The translations under genes and the position numbers were made by a program. The notes beneath the pieces are model-generated. The model ran no database searches, was not told the DNA's origin, and saw nothing but the letters and a program-made list of their open reading frames with translations. Below are positions 49,064 to 60,283 of a DNA stretch of 64,000 bases, piece after piece. This DNA comes from Lenisia limosa (lineage: Eukaryota > Protista > Breviatea), in NCBI GenBank assembly GCA_001655205.1, contig LPNZ01010005.1, positions 2,652 to 66,651 on the forward strand, read 5' to 3'. Position 1 is the stretch's first letter; each line of letters begins with the position of its first letter.

Positions 49064-51190
49064 CTACTCTCTCTTAGCAATTGTGATGGCCTCATCCCAC
49101 GGGCCATGAATTTCACTGCAGAGTCAGATTATTCAGCCAAAGGTAGAAATAGACCCCTCGCCACTTACTTTTTGTACTTCTGGAGCAACATAAAGGACAA
49201 TGGGAAAACCGAAGAAATCAGAAGTACAAAGACGACAAACGCAAAGCTCATTGCTTTGGAGAGTGGATACAACCATAAGGCAACGGTGGAACACTGAATA
49301 AGACATGTCATCACGTACACTCGAGGAGAGGCATCCTGGGAAGTTTGAAATAGAACTAAAGTGCGAGAAAGGAGAAGATTGTACCTACTTTTAGACCGTA
49401 GTATATAATGGGGAAGAAGACAAACGATTCCACTGCATAAGACATAACGGCAAACACCTGGAATATCAATCATTCAGATCTCCCCTTTTGATTCGAGGAT
49501 AATATGGTACTGCACGACGTTATGGTTTTTGAGTTCCCACCTTTAAAGGGCTTGTGAGTCTTGACGCAAGAAGAACTGCTGCAAAAATGGCCGAATTCAG
49601 AGGGAGTGGGCCTACCAAACTGGAGAATTAAACGATTTAAGAGAGGCACCGATAAAAAAAAAAACGCTGGATCCCAACCTAATTGGAACTTCAGCGTACT
49701 CAGAAGTGAAAAGATGACACATTAAGAGAAGTGCTACAGGTGTGAACAAAGAAAAATACCCTTTAAATAAAAGGCACTCACCTGTCAAGAGCCATATAGT
49801 GTCATCAGAGAACGAAGATGTAAGACTCATAATGACCGGACTCAAGGCCAGCACCGTGAGAATCGAGAGAACAATTGCTCGAGGCTCCATTGTTTGCAGG
49901 TTTGCTTGATGTGTCATAACAAGCAATCAGATTTTATGAAAATTTGAACTACGAGCAGTGTCATCAAATATTCGGCAAGATGGGACCCCACTAGTTATTT
50001 GTAAAAAGGAAAAACAGAAGAATCTGAAGCCAGATTGTAAACAAGTAATAAGAAGTCAATTAAGACCTACTGTCAGTATGTTTCCAACAACGGCGAAGGA
50101 AATAGGCAATTACAGACGTGAAGAAATGGGGAAGAAAAGGGAGATAAGGCTAAAGAGTGAGATTTATCCAAAAGACGCTAAGTATTAATATGAAAGGTAC
50201 TAAATACAAGTTGATTTTTATAATCGAAAGTACTCACATTAGGAGAAGAGAGTGGGCCATTCATGTAGAGCATGAACACAAGGACAAAAAGAACAGCAAG
50301 CGACAACTGCCATGATACAGCCAAGCTGTCGTAACAAAGTCCTAAGTATGGTCTCTGACGAACATTCTCTGCCAACGTTAATAAATATGGAGAATAGCAT
50401 ACGATATGATATCATATGTATTATGACTATTTCACAAACCATTTTGAGTAAGGCCAAAAAGAAAACTGTGGTCAACATAGTTGTCTGGGAAGGGCTGTCG
50501 CTCCCAGAGCATCTTCTTCCAAACGGGCCCTTCAACATCTATCAAAAGGTAATGATGAATATGACAAATTGCAATGGGGTATTTGTTTGTGTATGTTTAT
50601 GAAAATTGAAACACCTCATTAAAGCATAGAAGAAGGTTGTTAACCACCCCTCACATGAAGAATCGTAGTAAGAAGAAGAGTCATCAGAGCGTGGAGACTG
50701 TAAATGACTGAAAGAGCTCTAAAAGAATGACGACACAAAAACCATCTCCTACATTGAGACACTGGGCACAGAACCGGTATCCTGGAGTCACAAGGTTGTG
50801 GTCGTTTGGACATCGTCCAGGGCTTTCAAGATTAGATATGGAGTAGGTATCAAAGGATGATGGCGAGATGAGAGGCGGCGGTGATGGTGTGGCAACTGCT
50901 GCAGCGAGGGCGGGACTCAGTCGGTTTGGGGACTGCAGAGATGGAGATGAAAATCCGACTGGTGGTTTCAATCCAGTGGATCCAAGAGAAGTCTGTGATG
51001 GGCTAGTGCGAAGGTTGGTAACTGATGATGAGGCTGAGTCGAAGGAGGGAAACGATGGGGATTGGTGGAGAGTGAATGATTCATTTTGTGAGAAACGCGG
51101 TACACTTGACCTCGACCGTGCATGTCCAGGCTTGAACCTTGACTGCCGCGTTTGCGGGGTCGGAGGTAAGGCAGAGCTGCTTGGGTTCAT
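49064..51190 (-). CDS. PIGC: GPI-GlcNAc transferase subunit C (PIG-C/GPI2) with a long N-terminal extension
   Basis: [54 protein letters not shown] and EIHGPWDEA. These are preceded in frame by a Ser/Pro-rich exon ending [18 protein letters not shown]. Confidence 0.88.
50562..50616. repeat. Dispersed intronic repeat, copy 2
   Basis: Near-identical to 43687-43748 and in the same chromosomal orientation; inside a PIG-C intron. Confidence 0.88.
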
Positions 51191-51602
51191 TGTTTTCAAT
51201 TCATTTTTGCAGCAAAGCAGCAAAGTGGGCCCCGAAAAAAGAACTAATATTTTATTGGTATATGATGGAAAGAGGAAAGGAGGAAAGGCCCTGGAAAGGC
51301 CGGGGAGGGGAAAAGAGCAAAGGATTAGTAGGAACGCCCACACCCGCACCCCCAGAAAACATAATGTGTTTTGTGGTCTTCTTGTCTTCTCAATGTGTTA
51401 AAAGCTTTATTTAACACCACTACTAATATTAGTAACTATTTTAAGGAGAAATGATGAATTAGAGAGTTAGCACCAAATATCATGGAACAGCAAATCCGTT
51501 AATGTCACAGTACCTCTCCTCTCTGCCTTTAAGGCAGCCATATGAGTCTCGAGTGTACGTTTAAAAATTATTTGTTTAACAATATGTAATTCCTCAGGTT
51601 CC

Positions 51603-54600
51603 ATGCACAGCTTCAGGCCAAAACCCCAACCAAGCCGCAAACACCCTCGAAGCTCTCGCAAACGATTGCATCACGACACCGGTAGGCAATAACGGCTGTG
51701 AGATAGGGAAATCGGATTTATTTCGTTGTAGGGAAGTCCAAAGGGATGTCGTTCATCATGAAAAGGAAGTCAAAACGATTGCGGAACAGAAGATGGCAAG
51801 CGTAGCTTTTAGGTTTGCAGCTTTGTTTCCAGAAAGTGTTGATGTTATTAGCCAGTCGCGACGGTTGAAGTCCATTGTGGCAGACTCAATCGAAAGACTT
51901 CCTGGGATGGGTGGAGGAGCTTCTGCACAGCAGTCATCATCTTTCGCATATCGGTATCCTGATATTGCAATGGTAAGATTTAAACCGTTATTTGATAAAC
52001 TGGTGCAAAATCTCTTATTGAAATTTTTGCTTGAATAAATTTTACATTTTAGAAGAGTCATGTGGATACAAGTAAACTGAAGACCAAGCCTGAAGGTGAG
52101 TGAGACGACTTGGTGGCTGACTGAGCAGAAGTTGATGCTATTACTGAGGCATATGCGCGCGACGTCATTGGCTTGAAGTCCACATTCCTTACCATGAAGG
52201 ACGAAATCGAGGTAAGAAAGGAGATGGCTGAAACATACTGGTGTACCCCTTTTATTTAATTAGAAAACCGTTTTGGAGAATAGTACTCTTCGAGAGGAAA
52301 ATTCTGATTATGTTGCCAAAAACACGTATCTTCAAGAGCGGGTTGACACACTGGAGGAGTTGCTAAAAGAAGGTTTGAATCCAATTTCTTAGTGTCAAAA
52401 CTCATGCAATAGAAAGGGCACTTTCTTCCCAAAAAGTACATGATGCTTCCAAGATGGCCACTCACGAGAAGAATCAGGTAATCATACTAGTAACATATCA
52501 CAAAGCTGGTATCCATGTCTTACCTTCACATAAAAGGTTGCTGGAGCCGCTACAACCGCCGTTATGACTATGGAGAGGGAAATTGAACTTATGGCTAGTT
52601 CTTTGCAACAGAAATCAAAGGTGAACTTGTACCTTTCGTTTTGTTTAATGTTTCTAGGTCATAGCTGATTTGCAGGAAGAGTTATCATCACTTGAAGAAG
52701 AGAATGCTGCAATGTACACCGCGCTTAATGAGGTATATTACAGTATAGTATAATATATGATATTATAGTTATTCAAAAGTATATGTCTCTAAATAAAATC
52801 TATGGAAACCAAAATGTGCCTTGCTGCGAAGATTATTTTACGTTTAATTTTTTTTTTTCTCATTTTTTTTTAGGTTGCTCAAGACCATCAGCATCTTGTT
52901 GAGGAACATGAGCTGGCACATGAAGCATTGGAAAAGGTAGGACATGCGTGAGGTTAATGACTGTCTTTTGTTTGGATGTTGTAACCAGTGCTCTTGAAAT
53001 CACTGTGAGCTGACCTACTGTCAACCAGGTTCAACAAGAATGTATTGACAGCCCCCATGCCCCTACCAGATACCACGCTAAGCGGCTTGAATTTGTGAGT
53101 TTGTTTGACAGCTAAAGGATACATCATATATTATATATTACACCGTCCATATATCTGTGAATTTTCCTCTATCTGTGAATTTTTTTGAAATATACGAAAA
53201 CTGTTGCTAAAAATATGGCATAAAACTAAGAGAATTGTCATAACACTCTTGTTGCTAACAAAAAGGACAATAACTTTTATTTGTTGCTGACAACATTTTA
53301 TTGTGGCGAGATTGCTGGTTATTTGTNNNNNNNNNNNNNNNNNNNNNNNNNNNNNNNNNNNNNNNNNNNNNNNNNNNNNNNNNNNNNNNNNNNNNNNNNN
53401 NNNNNNNNNNNNNNNNNNNNNNNNNNNNNNNNNNNNNNNNNNNNNNNNNNNNNNNNNNNNNNNNNNNNNNNNNNNNNNNNNNNNNNNNNNNNNNNNNNNN
53501 NNNNNNNNNNNNNNNNNNNNNNNNNNNNNNNNNNNNNNNNNNNNNNNNNNNNNNNNNNNNTGGACGGTGTGATATATCATGATATATAGTTGTAGCAATG
53601 AGAAATAAATAATAAAAAAAAGATAATATCTGGCCGAAGATGTCCACATAATCACGCTGATTCACCCAATCATTTGCCATACCTTGAAAGTGCTTGCATT
53701 CCCTTGGCTTGTTCGGGGCCCTTGTACATGTGGTTCTTAGCAATATGGGCAACAACCTTGACGGTGAGGAGGGGGGTATANNNNNNNNNNNNNNNNNNNN
53801 NNNNNNNNNNNNNNNNNNNNNNNNNNNNNNNNNNNNNNNNNNNNNNNNNNNNNNNNNNNNNNNNNNNNNNNNNNNNNNNNNNNNNNNNNNNNNNNNNNNN
53901 NNNNNNNNNNNNNNNNNNNNNNNNNNNNNNNNNNNNNNNNNNNNNNNNNNNNNNNNNNNNNNNNNNNNNNNNNNNNNNNNNNNNNNNGTAAAATACTGTT
54001 TTTGAATAAATATACAAAAGTGAGAAACTAAACCGTGAGATAACACACAGTATCAGTTAGAAACCAGTACCTATCCTCTATTTTCACCCTCTGACCTTCC
54101 TGTCGTCTTCGGCGTTTTTGTTGTCGAGAACAATGAAAAGGCAGTCAAAACNNNNNNNNNNCTCTTTTGGTTGTTTTTAATTGAAGTAAATTCTGAAGAT
54201 GATCCTCAAAAATTCAATGAATTAACATTATATGATAAATACTGTAATACTCAACTTATTCTCTCAAGGAAAATGTTCATTTGGCTTGTTTTCACAGATA
54301 GAGGAAAATTCACAGAATTATTGGGATGCTAACGGCTTCAGATAGCCGCGCGTCTTGAAACGGCTCTTTCACATATTCCAATGGGTAGTATCCAGGGAAA
54401 ACCCATTCCAAAAGACCAAATCAATCTTCGAAAAGCACTGAGGAAGTGAGGTTTTTTTTTTTGTGTTCTATTCTGATATTTCTTCAGAGACAACAAACAT
54501 CAGCTTGACGTTTTCTTTGAGAAACTGGAGAATGTCCTGACATCTCTTCCTTTAACACCCAATAACCCAACACATGCACCCAACACTTCCCCTCCTTCAT

Positions 54601-56703
54601 CTCCTGTGTCCACACTCAATTTACCTCCGTCTTCTTCCTGCCCAAGCCAAATAGAAAACCTTCCCCCAAACAACACTGTCCCTAGCACCACCCCAAATGA
54701 CCCCCTACCACCGCTTGGTCAGTCACGGATGCAAGAGTCCCAAATGGTCCAACTTACCGAGCCTGTTGATGACGTGTCATTTGATGAATCCCAAATGGAG
54801 GCTGAATCTGATACGGAGCCGGAGGAGACTGTTCCAGATCCGTTACAAGGCTTCAAAGGTCTAATCTTTCCCAGTGAAGGATTTCATGTTGTTAACCCTA
54901 TTTCAGGTTTGCAGCTACATTATTGTTATGGTCTTCACAATTTAGCTCCCAAACTCCAATCCCCTGCTCCGAAGCCAAGCTACCTGTTTTTGTCGAAATT
55001 TGTTGCCACTAAGAAACGTAAGATAAGATTAGCGATAATGACCATTCTAGCCTATTCAGCTTTTTGCCAGACTTCCGATAAAGGGCCTATTGTCGTTGTC
55101 CTCCTTACACACTCCGGAGGGGTTCTCACTCTGCTGTTCCACCAGAATTTGGGTTGGCAAGGATTGTGTATCGTTTTTGGAAAGGTTCTATCTCTATCGT
55201 AGTTTGGTTGACTCCACAGGTTGCCGACTTCTGAATGTTCCCAGCAAAGATGCAAGATATGATCCCAAAAACCCAAGTGAATTCCTGAACGTTTGTCGTT
55301 GCTATTTCCAACGAGTGTCACCTTTTAGAGCTTTATGCGACAGCCAAGTTCAACAAAGTGGATAGAAATTGTTCAGGTTGGGCTAATATAAAAATTGCTT
55401 ATCAACCTTCTTATTACTTAATTAACCAGGATAAGTGTTGTACCCCATTGAGACGTCTTGAGATGTCTATTATTGTCAACACTCACAGAATCGCCCTTCT
55501 GACAACATCAGCATCTTCAACCCAAGGTTTGGTTGCTCTTTGATAGTATTCATTAGACGCCATTTATATTGTTTAGGAGACGCCATGATTGCCCACTCAG
55601 AAAACTCGCACGCCTTTTCAAAGTTTTGTCATGTTGGTGGTTATTGATATTATATGGTGTTTGAATTTTAGTTTGACCGAATATTTAGATTATGGGGGAG
55701 TCAGTGCCCCTCAGGAAGAACAAAAAGAAGTTTATTGCGAACCTTGACACATCAGGTAGATAGGGTGCTTTTCTTGAGTATATGAACTTAATGGTGGTGT
55801 CAAATATTATCTCCAGCGTGACCAACTATTGTAATTTACCACTTTTACTCTGAAGATCGTCTGCTTGACGGGCCCTCAGCGTACTTCCGAACTCACAACA
55901 GCTCCGAAGTGGGCTTTTACTGCCCTAGTATCATGCCTGCAGGAAATACGGACACTTTAGTGGGCCAAATCCGAGTATTATCAACTTTTTATTTCATGAA
56001 AGACACAAGGTTGAAACAAGCTCTGATGATTGAATCCCCTAACTAATGGCATTGCGTACAGCTATCCAGATAATGTCTAATACAACTAGGTTCGAAGGCA
56101 GTCACATGTTGGTCAAAGTCTCACAGTGATTGTTTTTGATGAGCGTCCCAATTACTCCCCTCTTCTTCCTGATCAGATTCTACTCTCCAAAAACTGTTGG
56201 TGCCTGGGTATCTTGCAGTATTGACCCACTCTTAGATCTTTTGATCGTTGTTCGACCCAATTCTGATCTCACTCGTGCTGAAGTTTGGCTAAGCTGTAGA
56301 AAACACGGCAATTATTCCCTTCCGTCACCCAAAATTGAGGGTTATGGAGTTTGTGGCTCCTTTCCATTCATTTTTCCCTGCAATATTTATGATTGATTCT
56401 CCTTCCTCTAATTAACACTCATAGTTTGATGGAGAGCTCCGCAATTTCATTCTTGATACTTCTATTGTGTTTGAGAGGAATGTCTTGGCCCAAATTACAA
56501 ACGCCGAAAGTATGCTGTTTATTTCCTTGCGACTTATTTCATTAGAAGGCACACCTGCATGGGGACGAGGGCTTCTCAATAAGGCAGCAATGCTCACGGT
56601 TTGTGAATATTTGTACATTGGACTGTAGTTAATGAACATACTCACCTCTTAGGCTCTTGAAGAAATGGGATATAACAAGAGGTTGAAAAAGAAGTCACGA
56701 TAG
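51603..56703 (+). CDS. Uncharacterised protein: N-terminal coiled coil, Pro/Ser-rich linker, unrecognised globular C-terminal domain
   Basis: In-frame GT-AG exons: KTVLENSTLREENSDY..., VIADLQEELSSLEEENAAM, TPNNPTHAPNTSPPSSP..., LTVIVFDERPNYSPLLPDQ, ALEEMGYNKRLKKKSR*. The joins across N gaps are not verifiable, so this may be two genes. Confidence 0.55.
53139..53571. mobile_element. Probable MITE with TA-rich flanks in an intron; interior partly an N gap
   Basis: atatattacaccgtcca at the left vs tggacggtgtgatatat at the right (16/17 inverted match). Internal repeats atctgtgaatttt x2 and tgttgct(a/g)a x3. Confidence 0.55.
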
Positions 56704-57044
56704 GTGCATTTTTGTTCTACAGGTCTTTTTTTGTATTGTTTCTTAAGTTCCAAGTTCTATCGTTCAGTTTCTTTATGTATCCTTATATCACCTAGTTCGT
56801 GAGAATCGAGAGATTTCAATGCTTACAAATTCAAATAGTATAATAAATGCGCCAAATACTGTACAAGAAGGGGGCCTCATCAAAAGAGAATCTTTGAGAT
56901 ATGAATTACTGTTCGAGCTGGAACCTTGGAGTCTACCAAAAAAACTAAAAATACATCACACAAGGAAACAAACATACAACCATAGCAGTCGAACTCAATG
57001 TGATAAGTCCCACTTTGGGAGCGTTTTCAGGCAAAGTGGAGGCT

Positions 57045-58004
57045 CTACTCAGTCTTGGCAATCTTGGCAGGAGGCTGGCCCTCAGGCTGGCCTTCTGCAG
57101 GCTTCTTCGCAGACTCCTCTGATTTGGGCACTGCCTGCTCGACCTTCTCAATCAACGCCGCTAAAGTGTGAGGTGAGTGCAATGAGCCCCAGGCTACGTA
57201 TAAAAGCCAATCAGAAAGGACAACAAGGAACGTGGTTGTCATATTCCTTTTTCAAAAACAGGAAACGCTCATACAAGATGGACTTACTATATCATAAAGT
57301 TGGGAGCACTGAGAGAAATAAAGAGTTCAAAAGTCACAATATAAAAGACAATGCTAATTGTGGACCCATCATTTGAAACAACAACACCAATACATTTTTG
57401 ATGCTCTACAGTATACTCTCACTGAAGTCACCTCCACCTACTTGGTTCATCACCTCCTTCCTGCAAAAACTTTTGATAGTACTCATCGTTCGACCATACT
57501 AAAAGGTCAGAAAAGGGGTCTTCGTCAAACTAAATCTGTTACCCCCCTGCTATTCTTCAAATGAGTTCACGCAACCTCAAATCAAAGCGGCATTCCCCCT
57601 CAAAAATATGATCCCACTAACATGCAACACCAGCGCTTTCACTGAGATTCTTAGGTCTCGCTACATTAACATGGAGGGTTCTTCCATACAGTTCACCCTT
57701 ATCCATGTTGTCAACTGCAGCTTCAGCGTCCTCTTTGCTCTCATAAGTAACAAAAGCGAAGCCCTTGTGCTCTCCTAAAGGTGTTACTCAAAGATTTGGA
57801 TTTTGAATTATACAAAAACGTTACACTGACCGGATTTGGCGTCTGTGGGGAGCTCCAGTGAGAGGATATCACCAAAAGGAATAAAAGCAGCCCTCACGTC
57901 GTGCTCTTTCAGCTTATCGGCTAAACCACCTATTGAGTGAGATGAATTACTCACGTAAACGGACACATACCGACATAGAGCACTCTTTTATCTGTTTTCA
58001 TCAT
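57045..58004 (-). CDS. Cyp33/PPIE-type RRM protein without a cyclophilin domain
   Basis: MMKTDKRVLYVGGLADK..DVRAAFIPFGDI...HKGFAFVTYE..EDAEAAVDNM...ELYGRTLHVNVARPK...VWSNDEY, then a short tail ending PPAKIAKTE*. Confidence 0.88.
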
Positions 58005-58207
58005 CTTGGAAAGCTTATTTTTGGTATTATATACTTTAAACAGTTAAAGGTTCTAACACGTGCAATATGTATTACGGTTTAGAAGAGATTATCCAGATTA
58101 TCTGATTTTTGAAAATTGTTTTAGATTCTCTCCTGGGGGCCTTATATGAGGCCATTATTCCAAGTTTTCAGAGCTTCTATGGCCTTTTATGACCACCAGA
58201 GAGTACC

Positions 58208-59811
58208 ATGAGTGAAAAAGCAGTTCCTACTCTCTTTGGGTTGCCCCTTGGGCTCGTAATTGCGGCGTTCTATGGTTGGTAGCAGTTATCTTGTTTGAAC
58301 GTGCCTCTTTACCTTTCGCAGGTATCGTCTCGATTATGATCACATTCTTCAACAAGGCTGTTTTTGCCACCTTCGAATTCAAGTCCGCGAACATGTTGAC
58401 ACTTGGACAGGTATATTTGCTGTTGCTATTACTACCGTTAGCAAGGATCTCTTGTTCTCTCCTTTGAAATTTTTCAAAGCATCTGTTGAGAAACTTAATG
58501 ATAGATGTGGTGTGAAGTTGGGCGGTTTTGACCGTGTAGATGCTTGTGGCATGGGCTGGTCTTCTTCTCCTTCGTCTCTTCAAGTTTGTTGAGTTCCCAG
58601 GTTTCAACCGCGACTTCGCCATGAAGGTGAGCTACAGGCACTTTCAATGACACAATAGGTTCTTCCCCTTTGCATCTCATTCCTTCTCATGGTCATCACC
58701 GGACTCGGTGCACTCAAGTATCTCAACATTCCGATGTTCTCGTGAGGGGCTCTTTGGCGGTTTATTAGAAGAAATAGCCAATATACTACATGAATAGGGA
58801 AACATTGACGTCTTCAGACCCTTCTGGTCTTTTTTGTTAGAATTGTGTTTGGAGGGGGAGCCTTCTCATTTTCAATTCTTCTGTTATTTTGACGGTTGAA
58901 TTGACAGTGTTTTAGAGCCCTTCGCCGCCTGACCACGTTCATGGTCATTGGCGGAGAGTTTGCCATTCTCGGAAAGATCATCCCAGGAAATGAGTTCTTC
59001 AGCATTTGTGTCATGATTGGAGGTTAGCTTGCTTAGTAAGAAGTTAACTGGAGCCTTTAGGAGCCACACTGGCCGGGTTCACTGATTTGACGTTCTCAAT
59101 GATCGGATACGTTCTTGTGTTCCTCAACTGTCTTGTCACTGCTCTCTATTTGGTTTTCATCAGGAAGGCCGGAGAGGCAACGGTGGGTGGATTAAGATGC
59201 AATTTCCGTTGCTTACGCACTAGAAAATGAACAGTTTCGGACTGATGTACTACAACAACGTGATTTCTGCTCCGTTGATGTTCGTCCTGGTTTCCTTTAC
59301 CGGTAAGAGAACTTTCATGCTTCTACCTCCCCCCCCCCCCTTTTTTTTTTNNNNNNNNNNNNNNNNNNNNNNNNNNNNNNNNNNNNNNNNNNNNNNNNNN
59401 NNNNGAGTACATCAGTCACCCTGGATTCATTGTAGGCGGTGATGGGGGTGTTCTTCTCACAATGTAGATTTGCTTCCTTGGCTCATGCTTCTTTGCACTT
59501 CTTCTCAACTTCTCTGTTTTCCTCTGTACTACCTACAACTCTGCGCTCGTAACTTCTGTGACCGGTTTGTGGACTGGTTATGTTGCCCCAAACTAACAGA
59601 GCAGGTCAGATCAAGAACATTTTGACAACCCTTGTTGGACTTTTCGCCTTTGGAGACGTTATCTTTGGTAAGGCAACTCTCTTTTCACGCTCACTTTCAA
59701 GATGCCATGAATTTAGTTGGACTTTTCATCTCCACTATTGGCTCATTGCACTACGCATTCATCAAATTCCAACAACAACAGGCTCGCTTAAATGCAAAGC
59801 CGGAAAACTAA
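58208..59811 (+). CDS. Nucleotide-sugar transporter, SLC35D/GONST-like
   Basis: IVSIMITFFNKAV, LNIPMFS.LRRLT, FGLMYYNNVISAP, FLCTTYNSALVTSVTGQIKNILTT.VG...FGD. Confidence 0.9.
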
Positions 59812-60283
59812 TGGTATTTAATTTTGTACAAATATACGACATGGATATTTTCACAGTTTACAATACTACACAGAAACATACCTAAAACAACTAAAATACA
59901 AACATAAGGTACCATAAAAATGTCATGAAGCGTGAGTGTACGTTTCTTCACTTCCTTGATTCCACATTATCTCTAAATAGTAAGCTGCAGGAACACAGTT
60001 CATCAGCGTAAAGCAAGTGACCCACCTTGATCAGAGTCGTGCTTGGCGATTTTTTTAAAGGCGACAGCAGGGCCTCTTGGGGACTTCCGATCGCGCGGTG
60101 ACGGCAACTAAACTGTCACTTTTTTCGACTTATTGATCAAATTTAGGAGGAGTTTACCAAAGTATGGGGTCCTAGATGTAATAATTTTTCAACTGGTATT
60201 TCTATCGAGTGAAAAGTTGTCAGAAAAAAACTGGACAGACTGAAAAGTACCGATTGCTTTTTGAGATTCCAGTCGCCTTAAGG

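Noticed and set aside
53131-54046. Long ORFs in the track (53255-54046 and neighbours) and other X-filled ORFs
   Set aside because: They are artefacts of translating through N gaps.
57380-57445. GGDF-like and NDGS-like words in the RRM gene intron as a cyclophilin relic
   Set aside because: They are only 4-residue matches, with wrong spacing, immediate stops and no other cyclophilin similarity.
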